Below, piece by piece: positions 26,795 to 39,200 of a DNA stretch of 64,000 nt. The DNA lies in the IMG/VR virus record IMGVR_UViG_3300032093_000026; one strand, given 5' to 3'. Each line of letters begins with the position of its first letter. The stretch's first letter is position 1. Both the position numbers and the translations under genes were made by a program. A model generated the notes under the pieces. It searched no databases. It saw only the letters and a list, made by a program, of their open reading frames with translations, and was not told the DNA's origin. The DNA is from an uncultured virus (IMG/VR IMGVR_UViG_3300032093_000026) (taxonomy: Duplodnaviria > Heunggongvirae > Uroviricota > Caudoviricetes).

Positions 26795-29700
26795 AATATC
26801 CAGTTGCTTTTTTATAATACTCTATTCTATTTAGATTACTCAATATTGGTAATACTTTTGTTACTCTTAATAAAGTTCTTTCACCATCATATTCTATTTG
26901 ACCTTTATCATCTCGTGTCTCTAACATATAATTATACACAGCTTGTACAGCTTTCCCATAGTTTACTGCTGTTCTTATTATTGGAAAAACATTTGCTTGT
27001 AGTTCTGCTGCAGAACTTGGGCTCATGTAATATGTTAAATCTCTTCTTAAATCATGAAGCTGTCTTAATATAAGTAGATTGTATAACTTTTTGCTTTTAT
27101 CGTCATCTGGTACAGCTGCTTTTAATAAAAGATAAGCTGTCCATATTGTAATTATTATTTGAAATTCTTTAGCTGCTTTACGTATATTAGCTATTTCCAA
27201 CTGATCTTCTAAATCAAGCTTATCAGAGCCCATTAATGCTTTAGCCATTAATGGAACCATTTTAAATTTTTTATCTAATAATAATCTACCAAAAGTTCTG
27301 TAATAACCTTCTTCATCTCTTTGTAAAAGAGCATCTCTATGTCTTGGATCAAACCTCACACCAACTGTTTCTGGAAGCCATGATTTAAAAAGCATTAAAA
27401 CTCTTCCAACAGCATTACCCTTAGCTTTAATATGCACATCCTTACCTGTAGCCCCATGTAGTTTATTTGCAAGCTGTCTATATCTTAACAAACTATCTAA
27501 ATAATACTCTTCAAATGATTTATTACCATTTTTAGAAGCATCCCATTCACCATATTTTTGTACATCATATTCTCTATCTTCTGTAATTGCATCTATATAG
27601 GATACTTCTTTACCATCTTTTGTTTTTATTTTTTCAAATTTCATAGCTGACAAAAGTGTTTCAGCTTTAAAATGATAATCACCAGATGCTAACCAGGTAT
27701 AAGCTTTTGGTATCATTTCTCTAAACTTATCAACTGTTGTTTTTTTATTCACCATAGCTTTCAGATACATCCCATCCTCACCTTCTGCTAAACCTGCATC
27801 ACTTAATAAACCAAAAATTAATTTTGTCATTTTAGTTTGATAAGTACCCATAGAAAAATACTTACCCGAAGATTCTATAATAGTTTGATTAGCCCAAATA
27901 AGCTCTTTCATAGTATAGTCTCTTCTAGATGCAGCATGTATACGATTGTTAATCTTACCAACAAGTAAGTTTCTTATAGCTGAAAAAGGAGAAAAACCTA
28001 ATGCTATTAAACGTGTATTAGCAACAGCACTATCTAAGGTTTTTGTTACAGAAAAGTTTCTTCCACCTAAACTATAATATTCTCTTTCTTTTTCTTCAAC
28101 TTTCTGTTCTAGCTCTTCTCTTTCTTTTTCTGAAAGTTTATCATCATCTAGTTTTTTATTTAATTCTTTAATTTCATCTACAAGAATTTTAGCTTTTTTT
28201 GCAGTTTCATTTTTCCAACCACCAAAAGTTGCTAATTCTTTCCAATCATAAAAAAGCTTTTCAGATTTATATATCTCATCTTCTCCTTGAATACCATAAA
28301 AACTTTTCATAACTGTATAGTCAACTAATGACTTAATACTTGTTGCATCTTTATCTCTTTTTTCTAACTTTCCTAATTTTTTATTTTTGACATATGTTCC
28401 TTCTGTACCTTGTACAATATCAACCATTGTCTCAATTTCAGCTTTAACAGTATTTTTATGTTTATATGCTAAAGCCATATCACTAAACATTTTAGCAAGA
28501 AGCACCATATCTCGTGATCTTTCATTTATAGGAACACTTTCATTTATAAATCTTGCTTCAAAACCTCTACGTTCTTTTTTAGTATAAGCACCTAATTCTG
28601 GTTTTCTTTCAAAATTTGCAACTGTAAATGCTTTTGTAAACCAATCACCTAACCCTGCTACTGTTTCTTTCATATTTGTAAAAGCATATTCTTTTGCTAA
28701 CCTATCAGCAAGTACAGGAACAAAATTAGGACCTAAATCTTCAATTTCTTCTTGTGGTAGCCAATGTAAACTATCGTTAATAAACTTTACCCACCAGTTA
28801 TAAAAATTATGAAGCTTTGGGTTATTCATTATTCTGCTGAAATTTTCATCATAGTATTCAGTGGGCACACCTTTAATCATTTTAGCAGCAATCAAATATG
28901 AATATTTAGCACCACCATATGCTGTAACTTTTTCATTTTCAGTAAACTTTTGTTCCATATATTTCAATGGATTATTAAGGTCATCAAATTCTTTTAATTT
29001 CATATCAACATACTCTTCAAAAGTCATTGATTGTGGAACAACACTTGGATTCTTTACAGCTTCGTTTTCAATATCATATCTAAATTCTTCCATAGCTTCC
29101 TCAAATTTTTCAAATAATTTTTGAGATTCAGCTATAATTTGATCAATTTCTAATTTAGTAAAACCTAAATTTTTAAGTTTAGCTACTTCATCATTTCTTT
29201 GTGCATCAGTATATTCACCTGGCTTTAAAAAATATAAAGAATTAAAAGCAACTGTATTAGCTTCATTCCAAGCATTAAATCTTTGCCAAGCTTTTTTAAT
29301 AAGAGCTTTGTCACCGTTTGCTTTTTCAATGTCTTTACGAAGCATTGTATTATTAGACCTTCTAGCATCTATAAACTTTTTACTATATCTAGTTGCAAGG
29401 TTTAATGTATCATTACCATCTTTGTCCTTTTCCACTTTAAAAAAGATATTAAAGCCATTTTTCTTTATTTCTTCAATATCTTTTATTTTGTCGTATTCTA
29501 AATCTATTTCAACAAAATTCTTATTGTGTTCTATATTTATTTTGGTATTTACTTTCTTAATTGCATAAGCAATCTCATTAGGTAAAGCAATTCCAGATGT
29601 ACCAAGTTCACGAAACCATTCTGTTAATAAGTGAGTGTCTTTCATTTTAGTAATCTCATTCTCACTTAATCCTGTTGCAGCTTTTACAAGTTCAATAGCA

Positions 29701-30275
29701 ATTCTTCTAGATTGATCACTTAAATCATGAAATTTAGCGTCTACTTCTTGAACTTTTTTTCTTATTCTTTCACTCTTAATATCTGTAGAACTTTCAATAC
29801 CTAAAATTGAATATAGACTTGACCATGTTTCAACAATACTATTTGCAAATTGTAAGTCATTAAATGTAATTTGATCACTTTTGTACATTGCTTCAACAAG
29901 ATCAGCATCAATCATTGCGGTATCTAATATAAAATCTAATTGTTTATCTACATCGGCTTCATTAAGATCTGAGATGGTCTTAGAAATATCTTTCATTATT
30001 TTTCTATACTCAGTCTTCTTTTGATTTTTTTGTTCTTTAGTTAGTTTTGGATCATTTCTAACAGCATCCATTGAAGCTCTTGCATCTCTATATCGCTCTT
30101 TTAACATATTATTAGTTTCCATTAAAAGATCAGATACTTTTTTCTTTTTGGTAGTAGCAATAGATTTAAAAATATTATTTATCCCACCAAACTCTGTAAA
30201 ACTATTTTCTGAAAGAACTTTAATAAGCTCTTCTTTAGTATACATTCTACCATTATATTCATACTGACAAGCCAT
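26793..30275 (-). CDS. Large virion cargo/ejection protein (1160 aa)
   Basis: Helical, with a C-terminal hydrophobic segment; last gene after the vRNAP, as in crAss-like cargo operons. Confidence 0.7.
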   Translation of the reverse strand: MACQYEYNGRMYTKEELIKVLSENSFTEFGGINNIFKSIATTKKKKVSDLLMETNNMLKERYRDARASMDAVRNDPKLTKEQKNQKKTEYRKIMKDISKTISDLNEADVDKQLDFILDTAMIDADLVEAMYKSDQITFNDLQFANSIVETWSSLYSILGIESSTDIKSERIRKKVQEVDAKFHDLSDQSRRIAIELVKAATGLSENEITKMKDTHLLTEWFRELGTSGIALPNEIAYAIKKVNTKINIEHNKNFVEIDLEYDKIKDIEEIKKNGFNIFFKVEKDKDGNDTLNLATRYSKKFIDARRSNNTMLRKDIEKANGDKALIKKAWQRFNAWNEANTVAFNSLYFLKPGEYTDAQRNDEVAKLKNLGFTKLEIDQIIAESQKLFEKFEEAMEEFRYDIENEAVKNPSVVPQSMTFEEYVDMKLKEFDDLNNPLKYMEQKFTENEKVTAYGGAKYSYLIAAKMIKGVPTEYYDENFSRIMNNPKLHNFYNWWVKFINDSLHWLPQEEIEDLGPNFVPVLADRLAKEYAFTNMKETVAGLGDWFTKAFTVANFERKPELGAYTKKERRGFEARFINESVPINERSRDMVLLAKMFSDMALAYKHKNTVKAEIETMVDIVQGTEGTYVKNKKLGKLEKRDKDATSIKSLVDYTVMKSFYGIQGEDEIYKSEKLFYDWKELATFGGWKNETAKKAKILVDEIKELNKKLDDDKLSEKEREELEQKVEEKEREYYSLGGRNFSVTKTLDSAVANTRLIALGFSPFSAIRNLLVGKINNRIHAASRRDYTMKELIWANQTIIESSGKYFSMGTYQTKMTKLIFGLLSDAGLAEGEDGMYLKAMVNKKTTVDKFREMIPKAYTWLASGDYHFKAETLLSAMKFEKIKTKDGKEVSYIDAITEDREYDVQKYGEWDASKNGNKSFEEYYLDSLLRYRQLANKLHGATGKDVHIKAKGNAVGRVLMLFKSWLPETVGVRFDPRHRDALLQRDEEGYYRTFGRLLLDKKFKMVPLMAKALMGSDKLDLEDQLEIANIRKAAKEFQIIITIWTAYLLLKAAVPDDDKSKKLYNLLILRQLHDLRRDLTYYMSPSSAAELQANVFPIIRTAVNYGKAVQAVYNYMLETRDDKGQIEYDGERTLLRVTKVLPILSNLNRIEYYKKATGY

Positions 30276-30278
30276 AAT

Positions 30279-33200
30279 TTAGCATTTAATTTTAATTGAT
30301 AAAGCTTTTACAATGTCTGAAAGATTATCTGAAATATTTTTTTCTCTAATCTCTTTTGTAACAATTGATTTTTGTATTGAATTTTGATCTGTTTTATTAC
30401 GAGATTGAATAAGTCCTACAATTTTTGTTACACCTTCTTTAAGAACCGAGTCTTCTTTAATATTAATGTTAAGAAGTTTAAGAAGATCAGCAAGCATGTC
30501 CATGATTCTATCAAGAACACTTTTCTTACCATCATATGTAATGTTATTCATAAACTCTTGAAACCCTGAGTCTGTCATCAACATACTCACAAAATCATGA
30601 ATATTAGTTAATCCATAATACAATGATTTGTCTTTTGCTGACAGCATTCCATCTTCTCTATTCACTTGATCCATAGCTCTTTGTAAAGCAGGACCGTGAA
30701 CTGGATCTGATAAAAGTTTTTGTTGTACAGCTTTAAAAAGATCATTAAGATCTTCAACCCACTTTCTTTGTTCACTGCTTAAGGTTTCTGGTCTAGCCAT
30801 CAACAAATCAGCTGTTAAATGATGCATAAGCTCATGAACAATAACATCATGTAAACTTTTCACTGCACCGTCTAAATCAAATGAATTATTTTCTTGTAAA
30901 ATTAATTCAGGATTGATTGATATAGTTTTTGTAAAGCTATTGTATTCTCCAGGATTTTTCAAACTTCTGTTAATAACAATTTTAAAAGGTGTTACAATCC
31001 CTGTTTTACCAATCATCATTAACAAACTCTTATTAAAACTATTTGTTTGCTTATAGAGCCTGTTTAAAAAGTCTTTACTATTAGTTTCTGTATCCTTACC
31101 TTGGAATAAAGCAGTTATTGCGTTATCCATAGCATCATTCATTAATGAATTTAAATTCAATTCAGTAGGATCAACTATGTCACGAACAGATGTAGTTTCA
31201 CCAACAACAGGTGCTACAGATGTAGAAGCAGGTTTTACTGCATTATCAAGTTTAGTTTTAGATTTATTGTCGTCTCTAATTGCTCCTTGAAACACTTCTT
31301 GGTTATGAATTATTCTAGAACCGCGAGGTTTTATGACAATTAATGTACCACTAGTTCTTGTCAAAGAAACATACATAGAACTAAATATATCATCTTGATT
31401 AATTTGAGCATTTTGTCGAGCTTGTTTTACATTATAGTCACCTACAATAACATTTTTAATACTATTACCTTGTGCAGTGTGAGATGAACCTACATACGAA
31501 GGTGTAAATGGCATTTTTTTACTTGTAAGTCCTCTTAATTCTGCAGATATATTTTTAAACTCACGATAATGCATGCTAAAAGTTGCCAAAACATTTCCAG
31601 TTTTTGCATCTTTTATTTTTATATCTTCTTGTCTAGAAGTTTTAGAATTGTATTTACCCATTTCTACACTCAAACCAAGAGGTTTTCTATAACCACGTAT
31701 TTTATTCTGTCTATTGTATAATAAAATATTTTCTGTAGTAACATCAAAGTCAGGTAAATGTCTTCTTAAATCACTAGATACTACATCCTTAATTGATTCA
31801 ACATTACTAACAATATCTATTATTTTATAACGAGACCTAGGTTTTATTATACCTCCAGATACATTAAAAACTTCTCTATCTCGATTAAAAGGAACTTTTC
31901 TTTCCTTTAGTAATGCCTCTAGTTTTTCATCTGAAGTTTTATATTGAAACTCAGATCCTCTCATTTCTAATGCATCAGTAAACTCAACATAGTCTCCATT
32001 TGAAAAGTTTCTATGATCTACTTGTTCAATCTGTTTACCAATCTTTAAGAAATATAATTTTCTAATTTTATCAGCTAAATTTATTGTATTTGGATTTTCA
32101 ACTCTATTATAGTGCACCCAAAACATTCCATAAGGATTATTATTTTGAGATAGAAAATCTGTATAATCGTCTATAACACCAACTTCATTGTCAACAACAA
32201 GCATATTTTCTGTTGACTTATTTGTTAACGCATCATACTTATCAAATGAAAGTTGTCTAGGTTGTTTACCTTCTTTTGTTCTATTAATATTATCTATTAT
32301 CTCATTACCTACAGAGTCATAAATCTGATGTAATAATTTATCACCAGATCTCATTACCTGAGTAAGTTCTTTTGTTTTTTCTTTATTTAAAAGAAGGGTT
32401 GAAGATATAATACCTTTGTTAACAAATGCATTTTGTTGTTCACCAATTGGTCCCAGCTGACGATAGTCACCCATAAAAATAAATATAGGCATTTTAAAAC
32501 TATGTCCATTTTTTAAATCATATGCTGTTCTCTCAAGCATATCTTTAATGTCTTGTGTAGTTACCATTGATGATTCATCTACAATAATAACATCAGGTGA
32601 GCTAAATGCTGGTTTATATTTTAAACCAAGAGCATAGTCTTCCGTAGAAGCCATTACTAAGTTTCCATTTTGATCAATCTTGTTTCTTCTTACAGCTGAT
32701 GGTATTGTATTTACAGTGCCATCATTTGCTTTTTCAGAGTCAAGTCCAAGGGATTCTTGTAATACAGTTGCAGCTGTATGACTTGGTGTTAAATACATTA
32801 TACTAACACCTCTATATTTATTACCTGAATCTAAGCTATCCATAATAGCTCTAATAACTGTTGTTTTACCAACACCACCTCTACCAGCTAAACCAATCAT
32901 ATTATCCCACATAACTTTAGGAATAACACCACTAAACTTTATAGATAAAGGATCTAAGAAAGAAACTGTATTTTCTAATTCTTCAACACGAACTCTTTTT
33001 GAGTCTTTTAATATTTTTTCTACGTTTGCTTTAATAAAGTTGTAAGCTTCTTGCTGACCATCATTCATTAAGTATTTAGTGTTCTCATCCTCAAATATCA
33101 CCATATTGTTAGGATTAGAACCCTCTGGTACATTTATACGTTTACCAGTCTCAGGATCTAAAGATTTTTTAATTATTTCTTTAGAACTTTCTACTATTTC

Positions 33201-36200
33201 TGTATCATTCTCTAATCTACCAGCAAGAGCTTTGTTTACTCTATTATGTATGTCATCACTTGTAATTTGTGTGCCATATGTTGATTCTTGTAAAGAATAA
33301 ATTTCTCCTGCAATATCAACATAGTATTTAGGTTTTGTTGGCATATCTGTCAATGTAACAACATTTTCAGGATATGTCTCAACTTGGTAAGCTAATGTAA
33401 CTTTATTATAAAGCGACATGTCTTCAACTTCTTTTGTTTTTACACCATCTTTATCTGTGTAAAAAACTTTAAAACCTTCTTCAATACTTCCTTCAACAAT
33501 AAAGTTTGAATTTTTATATCCTATCAAAGTAGAAGGTTGTTCATCAATTTCTTCTTCAGATGTAACTATAGATTCACGACTTTTGTAAGGCTCGTTTGTT
33601 CTTACTTCAAAAGCTTTTGGTAATATAATATTATCAGGAATACCAAACTTATCATTCATTCTTCTAAACAAATCTTTCATTTGTTCTACACTTCTTCCTG
33701 CAAGTTTTGTTCCTATTTCTGTTACATAGTATTTATTATCAGGATTATTTAACGCCTCAATTCTTAAAGCATTTAAATCTTCAATAGTCATTTTATCCAT
33801 AGCTTTTTTATTCTCTTCTGTAAGCTTAGGATAAACAGTAAGTTTATCATCCTGGTACATTTTAGTTCTAATAGCAAATGATCTACCTTGTAAACCACTT
33901 GCTTGACCTGTAATAGCACCAAAATCGTCAACAGCTGCTTTAGCAGCACCTAATCCATGAACACCTTTATCATTAGATCCAAAGACAAAGTATCCATTTT
34001 CAGGTAGATTTTCTTTAGTAATTTTATCTAGTGTAGTTTCTCTTTTTAATTCTTCTTTTACAACTTCTTTAGTTTTACCAAGTGTATTATTATATACATC
34101 TCTAATAGCTTGTTTAGCTGCTTCTTCAATTTCAGGTCCTTTGTATTGCTGTCTTTGCTCCCATTGACCTGTTTCTTTATTTTTAACATTATAAGCTTCA
34201 ATATCTCTACTACCAACACCAGCAAAATTTCTAGTTAATTTAGGTGTTTCAGTTTGAACAAACTGTTTACCATCATATTTAAACCATGCACGGTTGTTTA
34301 AATCCCATACATAAACAGGTTTATTTAATTTTATACCTAATTGTACAGCAACATTTGTCCCACCTTTAACTTTATCAAACTTATATGATTTAATAGACTT
34401 AGTAGGATCAGTTAAATTATCTGGTTTTGATTTATCTATAGATGAATCTAACTCAGCAATAGCATACACAGCATCTGCATTAGCTACTTGATAATAGTTT
34501 CTCACTTTAAGATTACCTTCTGTTGTATCTGGATAATCTTCACCAAGAAGTCTTTTAACCTCAGCTCGTGCTTTATCCATTTCTTGTTTTGATAAAACAG
34601 TTGCTTGAACATTACTATCTCTTAATTTTTTAGAAAGTCCTTTATTACTTTCTTCTCTATAGTGTTTATGATTTTGTACGCCAAATTCTCTACCTATTAC
34701 GTCCCAGAATGTATCAGCACCATAAGCGCCTCCAGAATGATTTACATAAACTGCAGGGTTACTTAAATCAAATGCTTCTACTTCTAAACCTTGTACCAAT
34801 TCTCTAAGATCACTTTCTTCTTTTGCAAAATCAGCTGCACTTACATCAACTTGATTATTCTTAATAGATGATTCAAGTCTAAGATTGTTAAAATCATATT
34901 CTTTAACACTTTTATATCCAAGAATATTAATTCTTTCATACTCAGCAATACCATTCTCAGGTATTGCCTCACTTACTCTTTTATATAAGTAATTAACTGA
35001 CCAGTCATTTTGAGGAAAGAAATCACTTGTATAACTATCATTAATTAGTATATAAGCAGGATATTTAAAGTCTACATTTCTTTCAGCAGCTATTTTTCTT
35101 TCTTTGTCATTTAACTTTTCAATTTTCAATGATTTAACAATAGACTGTGTTTTTTCATTAACTTGAAAATCCCCCACTTTAATTTTAAAATTTTTGACAT
35201 CTTTTAATGTCGCTGCATTATTTATTAAAGGTTTAAGAGATTGTTTAAACGCATTGTCTTTATCATTATTAGTTGAATAATTAAATTTAACACTATACTC
35301 TTCAGGATTATTCTGAACAATTTGATCTTTTAAAATATTAACACCAAATTGATTACCTAGAGTAAAGTTAAATTCATTATCAAAATCAGCAATTGAAGTT
35401 TGAAAATCTATATCTCTCATGTAATAATCAACAGGTATAAATCTTTGAATGTTACCAGCATCTCCTGTAGCATATGGATATAATGCAAGTTCTCTTGCAA
35501 TCTCTCTAACTATTTCATTTTCTGAAGTGGCTAGTTCATAAAAACCAGAAAGTATTTCTTTCTCGTTCATGTCTGTACCAAATGGTGCTTTAAAAGATAT
35601 TAAATAAGCATCACCTTTATATTGAGGTTCAACTTCAATATATTTTAAAAAGCCATTTGTAATAAATTCAGGATTTTGCTGAAGCTCTAATATACTTTTA
35701 CCTAAAGATGTATCACCATTTAAAAGCCTACTTCTGTCTGTTTTTAAGTCGCCAAATAACTCTAAGTTAGGCATTGTGTACATATATGCTTTTATAGCAT
35801 TAAAGGCGGTTTCATAAGCACGAATGTATCTTTCTCTTCCCAAGTCTTCTTTGTCAAGTCCCATGTCGTTTAATAAACTAACAACTATATTTTCAAGTGT
35901 TCTACCTGTACTAACAGGAAACAACTCTTGATATATAGACTGAGCTTTTATAAGAGAATATAAAATTGAATGCCCAATTTCACCTTTTGGAACAATTGAA
36001 ATAAGACCACTATCAGAATCTTTATTTACTGCGCCTGCAACATTTGTAATATCTATAAATACAGATGATTTAGATAGTTTATTTAACTGATTTATCTTCT
36101 GTAGTGTTGTAAATACATCTGCACCTATACCTTTAGTATATGTATAAACAGATCCAAGTATAGTCATAAACTCTTTACCAATCTCATCTAATCTTGAGAA

Positions 36201-39200
36201 TAATTCCAATGAGTCATACTGAGTTACATAATAATCAAGCAATAAATCTTTAACTGATTTATATCCTAAATCTTTTGAAAGTGTTAAAAGTTTTTCTTCT
36301 TGTACATCTCTAATGTTTTCACCTTTTGCTAAAGCATCTTCTTGAATTAATGCTCCAAAAACTGCTTGATTATTTGATGATAAAAGTTTACCAACAATCC
36401 ACATATTTTCTAATTTCTCAACACTAAGTGGATCTTGTTTTTTCCTTTTTGAATCAGAAAGATATGCTACTAAAGATTCTTCATCTTTAAATTTATCTAG
36501 ACCACCTATTTTTCCAGTTATTTCACTTGCTATTTCTTGTACACTATTAACAAAAGCATTAGATTCAAATCCTTCAAATGAATCTTGTTTCTTATTAATA
36601 CGTCTAAATAAATCGTATATAACCTCTTGTGATGTTAAGTCCATTGAGAACTCAATTGGCAAAGCCACTTTATCTTCTGTTGTTAGCATATTTAAAATAC
36701 CAACAGAACTCATTGCTTTTTTATCCCAGTTAAACTCTCTAAGATTAAGATTTTTAGCATTATCTACAGATTCACCAAATGGAATATTTATGTTTTCACC
36801 TACAGTGTAAGTATTCCCAGCTTGTGATTTAGATTTACCATTTTGACCAATAAAAACAAACTCTTCAACTTTACCATTTACTTTTATATAAATGGGAAGT
36901 TTCACTGCTTCAAATCCTTTACCATCTTCTTTTTCAGTCATATAACCAAGCGTCAAAGGTTTATCTTGAAAGTCAGCTTGTGCAGAAATATAGTTTGCAA
37001 AAACAGATACACCATCTTTACCTGATCTATTATCTTCATGTCTTTTAATACTTGTGTTAAAATCAAGAGGTAAAACAACAGAAGGATCAGTAGATATATT
37101 ATATTTCTCAAGAAGTTTACTTCTTTTATCAATTTTTACCTTTACTTCTGGAGAATCGATAGATTTTGTAATTTTTTCAAAAGCATCAGGATTTGTTAAA
37201 ACAGTCCAATGAATATCTTTATACAACTCTTTTAACTGATCTTCATCTAAACTATCAATATCTTCAACTTTAGTTAGTTTATAAGGAATAGATTTATAAC
37301 CAATAATATTTCCTTTTGAATCTTTTTGTGCAATTGATTTTGACTTGTACGCATAAAGTTTGTCAATATCAAAGTCAGAACCCATCTGACCAGTAATACC
37401 ATCAGGAACTATTATAGTATCTTCCATATATTCTGGGAGAAAACCTACCACTTCAACAGGTAATGTTGAAGGAAGACTTTGGTTAGGAATACGTGATGCA
37501 ACAAGTCTTAATAATTTAGGATCAAGTTTAGACGTATCAAGTATTTTAACCTTATTTTCCTCTTTGATAAACTGTTTTAGGTCTATAAGTTTACCATTTT
37601 CATCTTTAATGTATTGTGATACAATTATTTGTGCTGGTTTAACTTCCCCATCTTTTTTTGAAATATAAGCAAGAGATGCTTTTCCATCTTTAAAAGTAGA
37701 CGCATATGTATCAGTCCATATAATATCTGATTTAATAGATTCACTTAATGTACCAAACGTAAACTTAGAACCAACACCACTAACTTGAATAAAGCTTGAT
37801 CCATTCATTTTTAACATTACATTCTTGTTAATCATTGAATTTATCAAACCTTGAAGTTTCTTTGCTTTAGGATTTAATTCAATTGGAAAAGCAATTTTCT
37901 TTGTTAAAGAATCTAACTGAATTGCTCTTAAATCGTTTTCACCATAACTTCCACTTGTATCTTCTAGTATTGTTTTTCTTAATAGCTTGTAGAGACCTAT
38001 ATGATTTGCTTTTAAATTACCTAATTCTTGATCAAGCTCTTCTGATTTTAGTTTAAATAATCTAGTACGAACTCTTTCTTTTAAATTTTTTAATTCAAGT
38101 CCAGTTACATCACCCAGACCTTCCATTTTAAATACAGAATCAAGCAAACCATCAAAAAGAGTACGATTCATTTGTGTAATGAAAGGTATTTCATCTTTTT
38201 GATGAGGAATCTCTTGTTGAGTTCTTAAACCATCTCTACTTAAAATTTGCGTTGCTTTTTCTGTATCTTCTTTTGAAGGTTCTACAAAGTTTCCATTTTT
38301 ATCAAATAAAACTACAGACACTGTAGGTCTTCCAAGTTTTTTACCTGAAGCAAAATTTACACTATTAATATCATTTTGCTCCATCCATATTCTTAGCTTA
38401 TCTCTTTCACTACCTGCTTCATGTTGTGGTAACAAAGGATATCTAGATGACTTTACATAGTCAATTCTATTTAAACCAGTGTCTCCTTCGTTTTGATCAC
38501 TAACCTGTACTGGTTTTAAAGGAGTAAATATAACTTTAACTTCAAGATCACTTAGTGTATAATAACCACCTTTACCTGCTTTTCTGATTTTATTTGTAAT
38601 TGACTCCCATACATCTAAATCTATTTTACCTTCACTTGCTAAAAAGTCAATATGTTCTTGAACTGTTGTAAATTCTTGAGCATCTGTAGTATCATTTTTA
38701 ACTTTATTTACAACTATTGTTAGATCATCAGCTGTTACAGCTTTATAATCTTTACTAAAATATCTTTCACCTTTAGATGTAACCCAAGACCAGTTACCTT
38801 GTGATCCAGGTGCAATTAAAGCTGCGGCACGCTTTGAAAATTCATCCCATGTGGTAAGAGCAATTTTAACTTTTTCGCCACCTGTATACTCATTAAAAGC
38901 TTTTTTAGTTAAACCTTTTGGCATTTTAAAAGCTACCATTGGATCAAACCTTAAAAACTGAAGTGTTTTAACTTGAGCATTCATATAGTTAAGCTTCATA
39001 TCCATAACCATTGCCCTTGCTAAATCACGTCCTTTTAAGTCAGTACTTTTAAATCTAAATAAATAATCGTTTGCTTTACCAGATTTAAATGATGGAAAAG
39101 AAAATACTCCTTTATCAACTTTAAAAATACCATCAGCAACATAGTTGTTTATATCATCTTCAACAGACTGTTTAAACTCATTTAATACAACATTGCTTAT

